Position numbers and translations under genes: made by a program. The notes beneath the pieces are model-generated. The model was given only the letters and a program-made list of their open reading frames with translations. It was not told the DNA's origin and ran no database searches. Below are positions 1 through 12,100 of a stretch of DNA of 64,000 nt, one piece after another. Numbering within the stretch: the stretch's first letter is position 1; each line of letters begins with the position of its first letter. Origin of the DNA: Amoebophrya sp. A120. Lineage: Eukaryota > Protista > Dinoflagellata. Location of the stretch: the NCBI GenBank assembly GCA_905178155.1, contig CAJINV010000003.1:7336601-7400600 (forward strand), read 5' to 3'.

Positions 1-1239
1 CGAAGCCTCGAGGCAGCGAAGCCCCGAAGCAGCGAAGCCTCGAGGCAGCGAAGCCCCGAAGCAGCAAAGCCTCGAGGCAGCGAAGCCCCGAAGCAGCGAA
101 GCCTCGAAGCAGCGAAGCCTCGCAGCGAAGCAGCGAAGCCTCGAAGCAGCGAAGCCTCGAAGCAGCGAGGCCTCGAAGCAGCGAAGCCTCGAAGCAGCGA
201 AGCCCCGAAGCAGCGAAGCCTCGAAGCAGCGAAGCCCCGAAGCAGCGAAGCCCCGAAGCCTCGAAGCAGCGGAGCCCCGAAGCAGCGAAGCCTCGAAGCA
301 GCGGAGCCTCGAAGCAGCGAAGCCTCGAGGCAGCGAAGCCTCGAAGCCTCGAAGCAGCGAAGCCTCGAAGCAGCGAAGCCTCGAAACAGCGAAGCCTCGA
401 TGAAGCAGCGAAGCCTCGAAGCAGCGAAGCCTCGAAGCAGCGAAGGCTCGAAGCAGCACCTCGAAGCGGCGAAGCCTCGAAACAGCGAAGTTTCTGAGCA
501 ACGAAGCCTCGAAGCGGCGAAGCCTCGGAGCGGCGAAGCCTCGGAGCGGCGAAGCCTCGAAGCGGCGAAGCCTCGGAGCGGCGAAGACTCGAAGCGGCGA
601 AGCCTCGAAGCGGCGAAGCCTCGAAGCCTCCCTCGACGGCGAAGCCTCGAAGCGGCGAAGCCTCGAAGCCTCGAAGCGGCGAAGCCTCGAAGCGGCGAAG
701 CCTTGAGGCGGCGATGCCTCGAAGCGGCGAAGCCCCGAAGCCTCGCAGCACGCAGCGAAGTCTCGAAGCACGCAGCGAAGTCTCGAAGCACGGAGCGGCG
801 AAGCCTCGAAGGAAGCGGCGAAGCGTCGAAGCCTCGAAGGAAGCGGCGAAGCCTCGAAGCGGCGAAGCCTCGAAGCGGCGAAGCCTCGAAGCGGCGAAGC
901 CTCGAAGCGGCGAAGCCTCGAAGCGGCGAAGCCTCGCAGCACGCAGCGAAATCTCGAAGCACGCAGCGAAGTCTCGAAGCACGCAGCGAAGCCTCGGAGC
1001 ACGCAGCGAAGCCTCGAAGCACGCAGCAAAGCCTCGAAGCACGCAGCGAAGCCTCGAAGCACGCAGCGAAGCACGCAACGAAGCCTCGAAGCACGCAGCG
1101 AAGCCTTGAGGCACACAGCGAAGCCTCGAAGCACGCAGCGAAGTCTCGAACCACGCAGCGAAGCCTCGAAGAACGCAGCGAAGCCTCGAAGCACGCAGCG
1201 AAGCCTCGAAGCACGCAGCGAAGCCTCGAAGCACACAGC
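1..1239. repeat. GC-rich tandem satellite; 16-bp unit GAAGC(A/G)GCGAAGCCTC grading into a 20-bp unit GAAGCACGCAGCGAAGCCTC
   Basis: Dozens of near-identical tandem units are visible. The GCA variant dominates to ~460, the GCG variant ~465-930 and the 20-mer ~940-1235. Confidence 0.95.
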
Positions 1240-3020
1240 CGGTGCCAGATCAGGGTCGGGCCGGTTCCACATCGTGGCCAAGCCTGCCCGTCCCAGATCA
1301 TGGCCAAGCCGGTGCCGGGTCCATCATGGCCAAGCCTGCCAGCCGGCGCCAGATCACTGCCGAGCCGCCCGGTGCCAGATCTTGGCCAAGCCATCCAATG
1401 CCAGGCCGTGGCCAGGCCGGTGCCGGATCCTGGCGAAGCCTGCCGGTGCCAGGTCGTGGCCAGGCCGGTCTCTCGCTCGCTCGCTCGGTGCCACATCATG
1501 GCCACGCCAAGCCTGCCGATGCCAGATCATGGCCAGGCCTAGCCGGCCGGTGCCAGATCGGCACCAAGCCTGCCAGCCGGTGCCCGGCAGATGGACCATG
1601 GCCAAACCGGTGCCAGATCATGGACGAGCCCGCGCCACCCAGCTCATGGCTTGGCCAAGCCGACGCCAGGTTGTCCATGGCCAAGGAAGCCTGTCGGTGC
1701 GTGCCAGATCATGGCCCGGACCGCTGGCGCCAGGTCGTGGCCGAACCGCTGCAAAATCATGGCCAAGCAAGCCTGCCAGCGGGTGCCAGGCCGTGGCCAA
1801 ACCGGTGCCAGATCATGGCCGCGCCTGCGAACGTCGGTCTGCGTGCCAACCTGCCCGCCGGTGCCAGATCATGGCCAGGCCGGCTCCGAGTGGTGCTGGT
1901 GGCCAGACCGGTGCCGGATCATGGCCAGCCCGATGCCAGATCATGGCCAAGCCGGTGCCAGGTCATGGCCAAACCAAGCCGGTTCCAGGTCGTTACCAGG
2001 CCAGCGCCAGATCATCGCCAAGCCGGTGCCAGGCAGGCCGTGTCCAAGCGAGCCGGTGCCAGATCATGGCCAAGCCGGTTCCAAATCATGGCCAGGCCGG
2101 TGCCAGGTCGTTACCACGCCTGCCGGTGCCAGATCATGGCCAAGCCGGTGCAAGGTCGTGGCCAAGCCGGTTCCGGGTCGCGACCAAGGCGGTGCCAGGC
2201 AGATGATGGCCAAGCCGGCGCCAGATCATGGCCAAGCCTGCTTGCTCCAGGTCGTCTGCGGCCGCGCCCGCCGGTGCCAGATCATGGCCAAGCCGGAGCC
2301 AGGTCGTGGCCAAGCCGGTGCCAGAGTATGGCCAAGCTGGTGCCAGGTCGTGGCCGGGCCGGTGCCCGATCATGGCCAAGCCTGCCGGCCTGCCGGTGCC
2401 AGATCGTGGCCCGGCCGGTTCCAGATCATGGCCAAGCCCGCGCGCCGGTGCCAGGTCGTGGCCAGGCCGGTCGGTGCCAGATCACAGCCAGGCCGGTGCT
2501 CGCTCATGCCCAAGCCGGTGCCAGATCATACATCCATGGCCAAGCCAAGCTGGTTCCGGGTCGTGGCCAAGCCGAAACCGGTGCCAAATCATGGCCACGC
2601 CAGCCAGCAAGCCGGTGCCAGATCATGGCAAAGCCGAGCCCTTGCGCCAGATCATGGCCAAGCCGGTGCCAGATGGATCATGGCCAAGCCCGCCTGCCGG
2701 TGCAAGAGCATCGCCAAGCCGGTGCGAGATCAAGGCCATGCCTGCCTGTGCCAGGTCGCGGCCAAGCCGGTGCCAAAGCATGGCCGTGCCGGTGCCAGAT
2801 CATGGTCGTGCCGGTGCCCGATCATGCCCAAGCCGGTGCCGGACCCTGGCCACGCCGGTGTCAGGCCCTGGCTAAGCCGATACCAGACCCTGGCCAAGCC
2901 GGTGCCCGACCATGCCCGCCCCCCGCCGCCAGATGGATCGCGGCCCCGCCGGTGCCAGCATGCAAGATGGCGGCAACGGCCAACCTGCCAGCCGCGCCGG
3001 TGCCGGATCGTGGCCAAGCC
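1240..3020. repeat. Degenerate tandem satellite, ~22-bp unit GGCCAAGCCGGTGCCAGATCAT
   Basis: Repeated GCCGGTGCCAGATCATGGCCAA with variants. It abuts the first satellite directly. Confidence 0.93.
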
Positions 3021-3445
3021 ATTCTGGCGCTTTGAAAATCGCAGGCAGATGGGCCTGCCTGTGCTGAAGCGCCGACGACGATTTTCCACAGAAAGACGCT
3101 GAGTGCTACTATTCATCTAGCGGAATACTATTAAGTCTGCACGTTACTGTACACGGGAAGCGGGATAAGGCTAGTAAGCACATAGATACTGTGAAGATGG
3201 GGCGGTCACGGGAACAACACGAAGCCCCTTCTACTAGCTGTCAGTGATTTGGATCTCGATTGTTATTTTTGTCCTTGAAGAAGTAGTTTCTGCTTTCATC
3301 GGAAGAAGGTCGCTACTAGAAGCTTGATGTGCAACTAATGTCCACCACAAGACACAATTTCTATTGCGTTCCTGGTCTGGGGGCCGCCTAAGATGTTCGT
3401 AGGGTTTTGATCTTACAGTTTTTCTTTTTGTTTTTATTTGGTTAA

Positions 3446-6400
3446 TCAGAACCCAAACTGCAACCACCACATTCCGTCCGAAGCAAAGTACACCGGCTTT
3501 CGAAGTCGCTTGGCGATGGCCACGACCGCCATCGCGAGGCCGGGGTATTGCCACTGCAAATCGTGGCCGCAAAGCACCACCGGTCCCTCGGGCCTAAGTT
3601 TTGTTATCCAGGCGGTTACATCTTCTGCAACAGCTCGGTAGTCGTGGCGTGCGTCTAGAAAAATGAGGTCAAAGCCCTGCTCGGAATGCGCAGGTGGTGC
3701 GTGCTCCGCCTCTTCCTCTTCGGTTCCACCTGCAGTGCGTGACGAAATTTGTTCTGTCGTGCCTTTGCTGATGACATCGGCTCTGTTCTTGTCCTCTTCT
3801 GGTTCCATACCTGCTCGCGCATCGCTGGCAATCTTACCAAATATAGCCGCCGGGGCGGGGGTAGTGAGGTGGGTCGTGGGCGTTTTTTTGCCGACCACAG
3901 CCTTGGCCGCAGCGTTGCTTTTTATGGGCTCGCCATACCACCGCGAGTAACGTTATGCCGCACGGTATGGCGGCCACTTGGGAAACGTCGCAAATTTTGG
4001 CAAATTCCCGAAATTCCTTCCCGAAAGCCAGCCCCAATGCTATGGGGCCGATCCGGGTGCCACGGGGGGCGCCCAAAAAGCAAAGGAAAATCGGGCCCAT
4101 AGCATGCGGATTGGCTTTGCGCGTGCGGGCCGCTTTTCCTTTTTCGCGTTTTTATTTTTCACGCCGGCGCTTTTTGCAAAGCTTCCCAGGCTCTGAAACC
4201 GGAGAAAAGGCGGCCGCTTTCGCGGCCGCCCAAAATGCTCCGGAATCGCGGCCGTGCCATGCTGTTTCGCTGTTCTGATTTTGGGCGCGTTTTTTGCGCG
4301 CCCCTTTTTGGACGTTCCAAATCGCCAGAAACTAAGGCGGTGAGCGCCTCAGAAGGGCGCCCCTTTTGCCAGCTCCCCTGCGTCGTTTTATCAAGTGCGA
4401 ATCGATAGTTTTCGACCGGGCTTGTTTGACGGCAAAGCCCCGTCCGCTTGATAATTGCAAATTTTTTATGTCCAAAAACGCTTCCGCCCGCTTGGAAACT
4501 GCCGGCCGTTTTTCACGGGACATGGCAAAAAAACTCCCCGGTTAGAACCGTTCGGTGACCTCACTACATAATATGTCTGTTCTTGTCCTCTTCTGGTTCC
4601 ATACCTGCTCGCGCATCGCTGGCAATCTTAATGGACGACCAAGGAATCAAGTTGCTCAAATTCTTGGAATCACGTTGGTGACTGGAATCAAGTTACATGG
4701 AATCAAGTTGGATCCTGGAATCAAGTTGACTGGAATCAAGTTGATTCCTGGAATCCCGTTACGTGGAATCAAGTTGATTCCTGGAATCCCGTTGCGCGGA
4801 ATGAAGTCGGAATGGAGTCGAGTCATTGCCAGAACAACATCTGCGTGAGAACTTTAGGGAGAAGGCTCGACACTTCCAAAGTCTGTCAACGAACTTCCCA
4901 TGGGGCCCATTGCCGCAGACGACAGACACAACTGAACCGCAAGCCGCGAACCCCCCGCCAAGAACCTCCATACGAGAAAGCGCCTCGCCCCCCCGGCGGG
5001 AACCGGGTCCGGGTCCCCCGACAGGGAGAAGGTCCGGGTCCCCCGACAGGAAACGTTGTTCCGGGCCTCCCGCACAGGAAAATTGTAGGCCTCTCTGAGC
5101 CGCGGAAAGTTTCGGGCCGAGAGGCCAGCTAAGGTGCATCCGGGACCCTTGCATGAGAAACGGCAGGCCCCCCGGGGCGTGGGAAACATAAGCCTCCCAG
5201 GGGGAGAAAATTGTGGCCCGGCCGGCAGGGGAATCCAATTGGTTCCTGGATTCCGGGAAGACAATGCCCCGGGCCTTCCGGAAGGGCAAATTCCGGGCCT
5301 CCCGGGCATGAATGCGACGGCGCCCCAGGACGCAAAAGCCTCGGGGCTCCCCGGCGCAAAGGCTGTAGACGTGCCCAACCCCTGTCTGCGGCAAAGTTGC
5401 GCGCTCCGAAACCGAATCCAAAACGCCTCGGCGAGCCCGGGCACAGAAAAATTCTGAAGAGCCCGCGCCGCGCAGGAGGTGTAAGTGAGCTCGCGCCAGT
5501 CGGCACGCGATGGCGAAAGCTCCGCGCCAGCCAGGAAATAAAAACAACTGCGACTTCCCCGAAAGGGAAGCAACGGACCTTCCGCAGGAAAAGATCCGCC
5601 AGAGCTTCCGAGACCGAGAGGTACAGGGCTGCCGAAGGTAAATAAGCTTCGGAGCCTCCGAAGGTCAAAGCTCCGGTGCTTCCGAAGGTAAGAACTCCGG
5701 ATCATCTCCCGAAGGCGAAGATGCCGAAGTGGAATCCTCGAGACACCTGCGCAGGAAGGCGAAGTGGAAGTGGAATCGCGAGAGATATGGATCGTGATCT
5801 TCCGAGAGTGAGAAGGCGAAACGAGCATGGAACTCCGAGAGGGACGGACCTTCCGAGGGAAGGCGAAATGCAAAGGGAATCCCCCGAGACATACACCTTC
5901 CGAAGGAAGGACGCACAATGAAATGGAATCCCGGGAACTTCCGTCTAACGTTATTCGCCACGCCTCTATCGATCAGATACAGAAAACAAAGCCAGCAACC
6001 TGTGATAAACGTGGCCGCGTTTGAAACAAACCCAGCGAAGAACTTTAGGCACGAGGGTATGGCAGTCACAAAGCCTAGAAAGAGCGCCAGACTCTTCCAA
6101 GGTGAGGCAATACGAGGAGGAGGGCTGACGAGGATGAAGCTGTAATGGTTTATTTGATTCCATTCAACTTGATTCCAGGAAGTAACTTGATTCCATGTAA
6201 CTTGGTTCTTGTCCTCTTCTGGTTCCATACCTGCTCGCGCATCGCTGGCAATCTTAATATCGTCAGTCCGGCTGATGGTGTCCTTGAACAGCTTCGCTGC
6301 TTCCAAGCTGGTGAGCCGAAGGAGGCGACTTCTCGGGGCAACCGCACCGAAACCAGACGGTCGAGCGGTGGAAACTACCTCGCTGTTAAAACGCGACAGC

Positions 6401-8334
6401 TTCTCCCGGACGTGCTCATGCATGAGGTCACCATTCCTCTCGTAGGGCAGTAGTTTTGGGTCCTTCTATCCCAAACAAAAGAACCATTGCCCCCGTCACT
6501 TTGTAAAGATAGAAAAAGAAAAACGTGTTGCCAAAAATGAAAGAAAGTATGTATTGCAATGCAACTCCAAGTAGAAATACTCTCATCTTGTCTTCTCCCT
6601 TCATGCAGCAGCAGCAGGTGCACTGAATTGTTATCGTGTGCGCATACATTACAACTAGCAGATCTTCGAGGGTGTTGATTTTCCCAAAAGTACGTTCATG
6701 TAGGGATCCACACCGACGTGCAGCTCCAGCTCCCTGGGGCTGTAGGTGTCTAGTAAGCGCTCCGTGCTATTTGCGGTGTCGATTCCCACCTCCACCATGC
6801 GGAGCGGGGTCCGGCGAAAAGCCAGCAGCGTGTCCAGGAGGTGGGTCAACACGTTCCAGCGCTTGGGCCCCACATCCACAAAGAGAAACGGTGTGTGCAG
6901 TGCCTCGTGCGTCCCGCCAATCAGGTCCACGAGCAAGCGCGCGTTGAAGTGCGTTTGTTGCTGCTCCTCCACCGAGGCAGCAGAGGCCGTGCCGAGGCTG
7001 GCCGTGGAGGACTCGAGGCGCCAGAGGTGAAAATTCACCAACACACTCATCGACCAGTTCTCAATGAGCAGGCTTGTGCGACGGTGTATCGCCTCGACCA
7101 CCCCGGGCCACCCGAGTTGCTGCTCGCCTTCGTCAACCTCGCGCACCAGTGCCTCGAAGTGGCGGTGCGCCACCACGGTCGTGGTGTTGCAAAACCGAGG
7201 GGGCCGATCCAGCTTGACATAGCGTCCGGGTTCCTCCGGATGCGCCAAAATCACGAAACCCTTGGTCTCTGGGAATGAACTGTGTGTTATTTTTTCTGTG
7301 GCTGGTGACAGCCTGTTGGAATCTACCTCGTGAACTACATCCTGTCCTGCGCTAGTGGACGATTTTTTAGCTGCACGTCTTGGCTCGTCGCTTAAGGCTC
7401 TTAGAGGCGACCACGCTGTGCCTTGTTTTATCGTCTCGTCTATTGGTGCTGCGACCGCACTTCTTCGTGCACCAAGATCCGGGTTCAGGCCGGCGAAGAT
7501 AATGCTGCGCTCATCGTCGTAGCTTTCTCCGGCAGCCGCAAGCATTGGAGATTGCGATGTTTGTTCATCATAGGGAAGAACATTTTCCGCTTTCGGAGGG
7601 GGCGATGCTGTGTCTACTCCCTGCTCCGCCGGCGCTGTCTCGCTACTTCCGCCCGCTGACTCGACGTCATCCTCGTCGGTCCATTCGTGGTAGGTGCGAG
7701 TGCGTCTCCGCATCGTCTCGAGAAAATCTTGCCATGTGGTGGATTCAGAAAAATTGGAGCTGGCGCTCGAAACTACTTCCGGCTCAGACTTGCTTTCGTC
7801 CCCTTCAACATAATGTCCTGAGGTCGCAGCTCCACTTCGCATCTTGGAAACGGTCGCGTCAAACGCCGTTTCAAACAGCGTCACAAAGTGCTGGCAAAGA
7901 TCAAGACTCCACTTGTCAGCGTCGTACGTGAGGTAAAACGCGTTGTCGGGAGTAATAGCAGTGCAATCCAAGTCGCTCAGCATATTTGCTCGCAACGCGT
8001 CGAGGCATGTTAAAAAAGGTGCTGTCCCTGACTCGTCCCCAGCGCTGTGAGCCGTTCCATCCGCTGTGTCCGGTTTGCCGTCCGCCTTCGACATCGTACC
8101 AGACCGACAATCCTCCCACCGCAACGGCCATCGGACGTCGTAATATTCGTCAGGGAATCGAAGTACCGCAACCGCCACTGCCGACCTGACAAAGATTGCC
8201 CACGCTGCGGCACGGACTCCGCGGCAGAGCGAGCGCAAAGTCCCTGTGGTTGTGAGGCGGCGCAGGCCCCGCGACTCGACGGCCATGTTCAAACAATCAC
8301 AATGTCTTCGATTCACTTTCACCTCCACGCGCAA
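3446..8334 (-). CDS. Class I SAM-dependent methyltransferase (Methyltransf_24-like) with long N-terminal extension; multi-exon and interrupted by insertions (possibly disrupted)
   Basis: The end of ORF 6655..8334 carries MVEVGIDTANS and GVDPY. The middle exon ~6205-6445 reads HEHVREKLSRF...LLRLTSLEAAKLF. The last exon 3446-3832 carries FDLIFLDARHDYRAVAEDVTAWITKLRPEG...LCGHD. Junctions and start are approximate. Confidence 0.75.
3782..3836. repeat. Direct repeat copy 1 of a 52-bp core of methyltransferase coding sequence
   Basis: GTTCTTGTCCTCTTCTGGTTCCATACCTGCTCGCGCATCGCTGGCAATCTTA is identical at 3785-3836, 4579-4630 and 6205-6256. Confidence 0.97.
3837..4575. mobile_element. Non-coding 739-bp insertion flanked by a 55-bp direct duplication
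   Basis: Lies between repeat copies 1 and 2. It has a subterminal 10-bp inverted repeat GTAGTGAGGT (3861-3870) / ACCTCACTAC (4558-4567) and alternating A/T tracts and GC runs. Confidence 0.55.
4576..4632. repeat. Direct repeat copy 2 (57 bp, retains both flanks)
   Basis: Shares an extra TCT on the left with copy 1 and an extra AT on the right with copy 3. Confidence 0.97.
4633..6204. mobile_element. Foldback-like non-autonomous insertion (~1.57 kb) with inverted subterminal arrays of TGGAATCAAGTT, flanked by a 54-bp duplication
   Basis: A TGGAATCAAGTT array at ~4643-4800 is mirrored by an AACTTGATTCCA array at ~6153-6204. Internal repeats include GGTCCGGGTCCCCCGACAGG x2 (~5006-5050) and many (C)TTCCGAAGG motifs. 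No transposase ORF is evident. Confidence 0.65.
6205..6258. repeat. Direct repeat copy 3
   Basis: Identical 52-bp core plus AT. It is in frame with the upstream methyltransferase exon (IKIASDARAGMEPEEDKN). Confidence 0.97.
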
Positions 8335-9149
8335 GCCACTGGAGAGAGTTCTTTTGAGTCATGCGTGTTTACCGCCACAGCTGCACGGAACCGAGACGCC
8401 CCTATCCTCCGCCGGAGGACCCGAGCTTATCCTTATCTTTCCTTCGGCGAGAAAAAGACTTTGAATAAAAGTAGAATGATGCCAGGATAAATTTTCCAGG
8501 ACAAGTTTTCCTGTCGCCTTCTTCAGCAACACAACAACAGCCGTCCTCTTACTTATCGAACATCATCGTCGCAAGTACTTCGACCTTGCTTATACCGGCG
8601 CCAAGGGTTACCGTCACTAAGTGACTCCATCTTGTACGGGCGAACTATGAATGTTTTGGTACGCGTTAACTACAAGATGTTGCGAAAAAAACAGTCATGC
8701 GGGGCGCAAGATTTTCAAGCTCAAGGCTGGAGGGGCGAGCCTCAACGTCCTCAAACCACATTGGAGTCAATGCGCCGGAGCGGCAGGATTATATACTTAT
8801 CCACTTTTTATGTGCGTCGTATCACCGATCATACATTCATCAATATTGGAAGAAGCTTGGCTTTTCAGAAAAGATGCACATTATGAATCACGCATCCGTC
8901 AGCACGAAATGAAAACGAAACGTAGCGAAATATTAACAAATCACTGTGCATTTTGATTTTGTGTTAAAGATCACGCGATGTTCCTGGTGAAGGGGGTGTA
9001 CAACCTCAAACATATGAATATCATCTTGAAAAGAGATCATCATGACCGCGATCTTTTTATACAATTACAAAGTCAGAAACTTAAACTCGTAAGCAACAAA
9101 GCTTTTCAATTTCGCCGATATCTTTACTGCAGCGCGTCGCTCGAGGTCC

Positions 9150-12100
9150 CTAATCCAAAAGGCGGAAGAGCGAATCATCTGAGGCTTCAATGGTATGAAA
9201 CGGGTCCTCGTCCGCCGTTTGAAGTTGATCAGCGGCATTGTACTGACGCCCGTTATCCGGCCCATCCTCTACTTCTTCATTTTTTTGAGAACCCCTATTA
9301 GTCTGCCCGTCGAAGCGGCCACTGTCGCGGTCCGACCCCGGCCTGGTCGCTGCCTTCTTCTGAACAACTACCGCATTTTGATTTTTTCTCCGCGCTGGTA
9401 TGAAGATTTTGTACTTTAGTTGCTCGGACCATGACATATCCGACTCTCCTAGAACATTGCCGGTTCCACCAAAAGCTCCATTTCGACGAAGAAGTGCACC
9501 CCGAAACAGCGGCAAGCGATACAGTACGCCACTGTCATCTCCTTGAGCTCGCTCGTCTCGGATGTGGTCGCTGCTCTGATCTTCTTGTTGTGCTACTTTT
9601 TCATCTTGTTCAGTAGGATCTTCGAGATCAAAAAGCGTCTTGCGTTCCTTTCTTGCAGTACTCTTCTCTGCAAGAATGATATGGGTATCTTCCTGCAATA
9701 GCGACCGCTCTAGTTCGTACTCAACCTCCGGATCCGCTCCCGTTTTCGCGGTGGATAAGGCAGTGCTATTTCTTTCGTTTCGACCTGTCTGTGCAGCTCC
9801 GCGATTTTTGTGATTGAATCCTTCTTGGCGCGCTGCTTTATTCCGTAGAAAGGTGCGCACATGGTTCTCGACCGCGTCCACGTCGGGGAGTGCGGGCTGA
9901 GATGCATCAACAGTCCTCGCGGGGACCACGAATTTTGCGACCTTGGTGCCGCTAAGGACATCGAGAAAATCCCTCGTCGTAAATGTTGTGTGCTGCCTTT
10001 GGACGGAACCGAAGATATCGCTCCCCGCGGATTTCTTCTCCTTGGCAACATATCCGGGCGGTGACACGAATGCGGCTTTAGCGAGAAAATCCAACACCGG
10101 CATGCTGCGCAGATCAAAACCTAGTAGCTCACGCAGATCTGCATTCATACGGTCACTGCAATCATCGATCAAGTCGACTAGAGATCTCGCGCTCGTTCGT
10201 TCGCCAGCGGCTCCCGCCCAAACAGCCGAACCAGAAGCAGCTAAGCTTAGCGGAGTAGAAGGATCCTGTTCATCTTCTTGCGGCGCACTGTAGAAGGTCT
10301 CATCCGCTGTGCAGCCGTTCCGGCGGAGGTACTGCCAAATTGTGTCGCTCGCCACACTGGAAGGGAGCTCGATTCCGGCCTCGAGATCCCCCGTCCCCGC
10401 GAGTGAGCGAGCGTTGACGTTCGCGCTGGACACCACCGATACGCCCGCCCTGCGCTCGGAATGATTTCTCAGGCTTGCCGTTTTGCTTCTTTGCAGGTTG
10501 CGTTCGTGGCGACCAGGCTCCCCGTGCGTCTCGCTCGCGGCAGACGGTTCTGCCACAAGAACTCCACTCTCATCAAAAAAAAACCCGTTCGTTGGTTTGA
10601 TTTCTTCCGAAGGCGAAGTAGGCCCTCGGGGCTCAACATCGACTCCACTCTCGTCATCTTCTTCTACCACAAGCATTTTTGAATGGACGTACACTCCATG
10701 AAACTCCACCAGCCAGCGACCGTCGTTCGTTTTGGCAAGGAAGGCAGATGCCATGTGAAAGAAGCCTACTCGCCCGCAGGTGTGGTTCCTATACAACTCT
10801 TCTTCGTGCGGCCCCAGGTTCTGGTTCACGTGTTCTTGGCTATGTTGCGAGGTGGTGGACGGTTGGCCGTCTATTGCAGCTGGTTGTGGAGAAGTAGTCC
10901 ACGCTGGGTCGCTCTTGTCGTGCAAAGCAACGGGAGCAGCCTCCTGATTGCTACCAGTACTGATTCTGCATGGTTTCAGGTAGTGCCGCAGCATCGGATC
11001 CGCCTCGAAGCGTTCTATCGTACGCCATGTCAGAGCAGTTTCAAGGGTATTTCCGCTGTTCACGTAGGGAACGGTAATCGCGAGGCTGTATTTCGTCCTC
11101 CGGTCGAGACTAACACTACTCCTTTTTACCTTCATCTGCTTCACCGTTTCGGCCGGCATAAAGACATGAGCGTGGTTTTTCTTTTCCACGTGTGAATCAG
11201 CAGCCTCGGGAGATGCCATTCCTTGTAGTGCTACGCTAGAGGTGGGGCGATTCTTGATGCTCTCACTGGTGGAATTGGATCGCGTACTTGCTGAAGCTGA
11301 AGCTGAACTAACGTCGGCTGCAGTGCTCTGCATAACCCTTTGTATCAGTAGACAGGGAAGCGGCACGACCGACACGCTTCCTTGCGCAGCTGGCCGCACT
11401 CCGTCACGCGCGAACGGGGGAGGACGTGTTCGAGAATCACGAGCCTCGTTGTTCTTGCGATCGTAGAAGTCGGCGCCGACGTCATGATCTCCTTGCTGTA
11501 CAAACGCCGAAGACGATGAAGATGGGGCCGTGCAGGTTTCCCGCACACCAAGCTGAAAATATTGAGTTTCGAGGTAGACGAAGCCGGCTCCTGCACTGCA
11601 CCGAACTGCGCGCTCGAGTGCCTCGGATAGCTGACGTCTCCCGAATGACTGGCGTGAAGACACTTCCTCACCAGCTGTGCCGTCCCTTGTCAGAATCCCG
11701 CCGTTCCAAAGAACTTCCAAAGAAGTAGTAGGAGCTTCATTTTTTTCACAACCCGCCGCGTCGCCCTCTTCCTCTTGTGGCATCTGCAGGAGATTTTGTT
11801 GTCCGCCCTCACCACGGTCCTCTGGTCCATTACCGTTATTTGAGGGTTCAGGCGTTGGCGCCGTTTTGAACCATCGCAGGAACCAAGGGAAAACCGAGGC
11901 AGCTGCCCCGGAAAAAGATACCCACGACCGCGGAAGCGTCGCCAGCGTTGTTATGATGTGTGACAGCTGGTTTCGCAGTGCACGCGTAACCTGGGGCGCG
12001 GCATTGCGGATCAGCACTGCCACATCCTGCCGCTCCTGTGTCACAAGGTCAATGTGGGGGCTGCTGGTGCCACTTGTCTGCTGCACCATGAGGTCGTGAG

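Noticed and set aside
1-3020. CRISPR array
   Set aside because: Units are contiguous with no unique spacers, there are no cas genes, and the context is eukaryotic.
400-3102. Long plus-strand ORFs (380-597 aa) in the satellites
   Set aside because: They are open in several frames only because the repeat units lack stops. The translations are repeat-derived.
4759-5918. ORFs of 262 and 354 aa inside the insertion as a possible transposase
   Set aside because: No DDE, HUH, RT or recombinase motifs. They are overlapping GC-rich shadow ORFs.
6447-6661. TAGTT...AACTA intron ends with a GCAG repeat as another introner
   Set aside because: The inverted repeat is only 5 bp, and neither 4- nor 5-bp repeat removal restores the expected frame. 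The junction is left unresolved.
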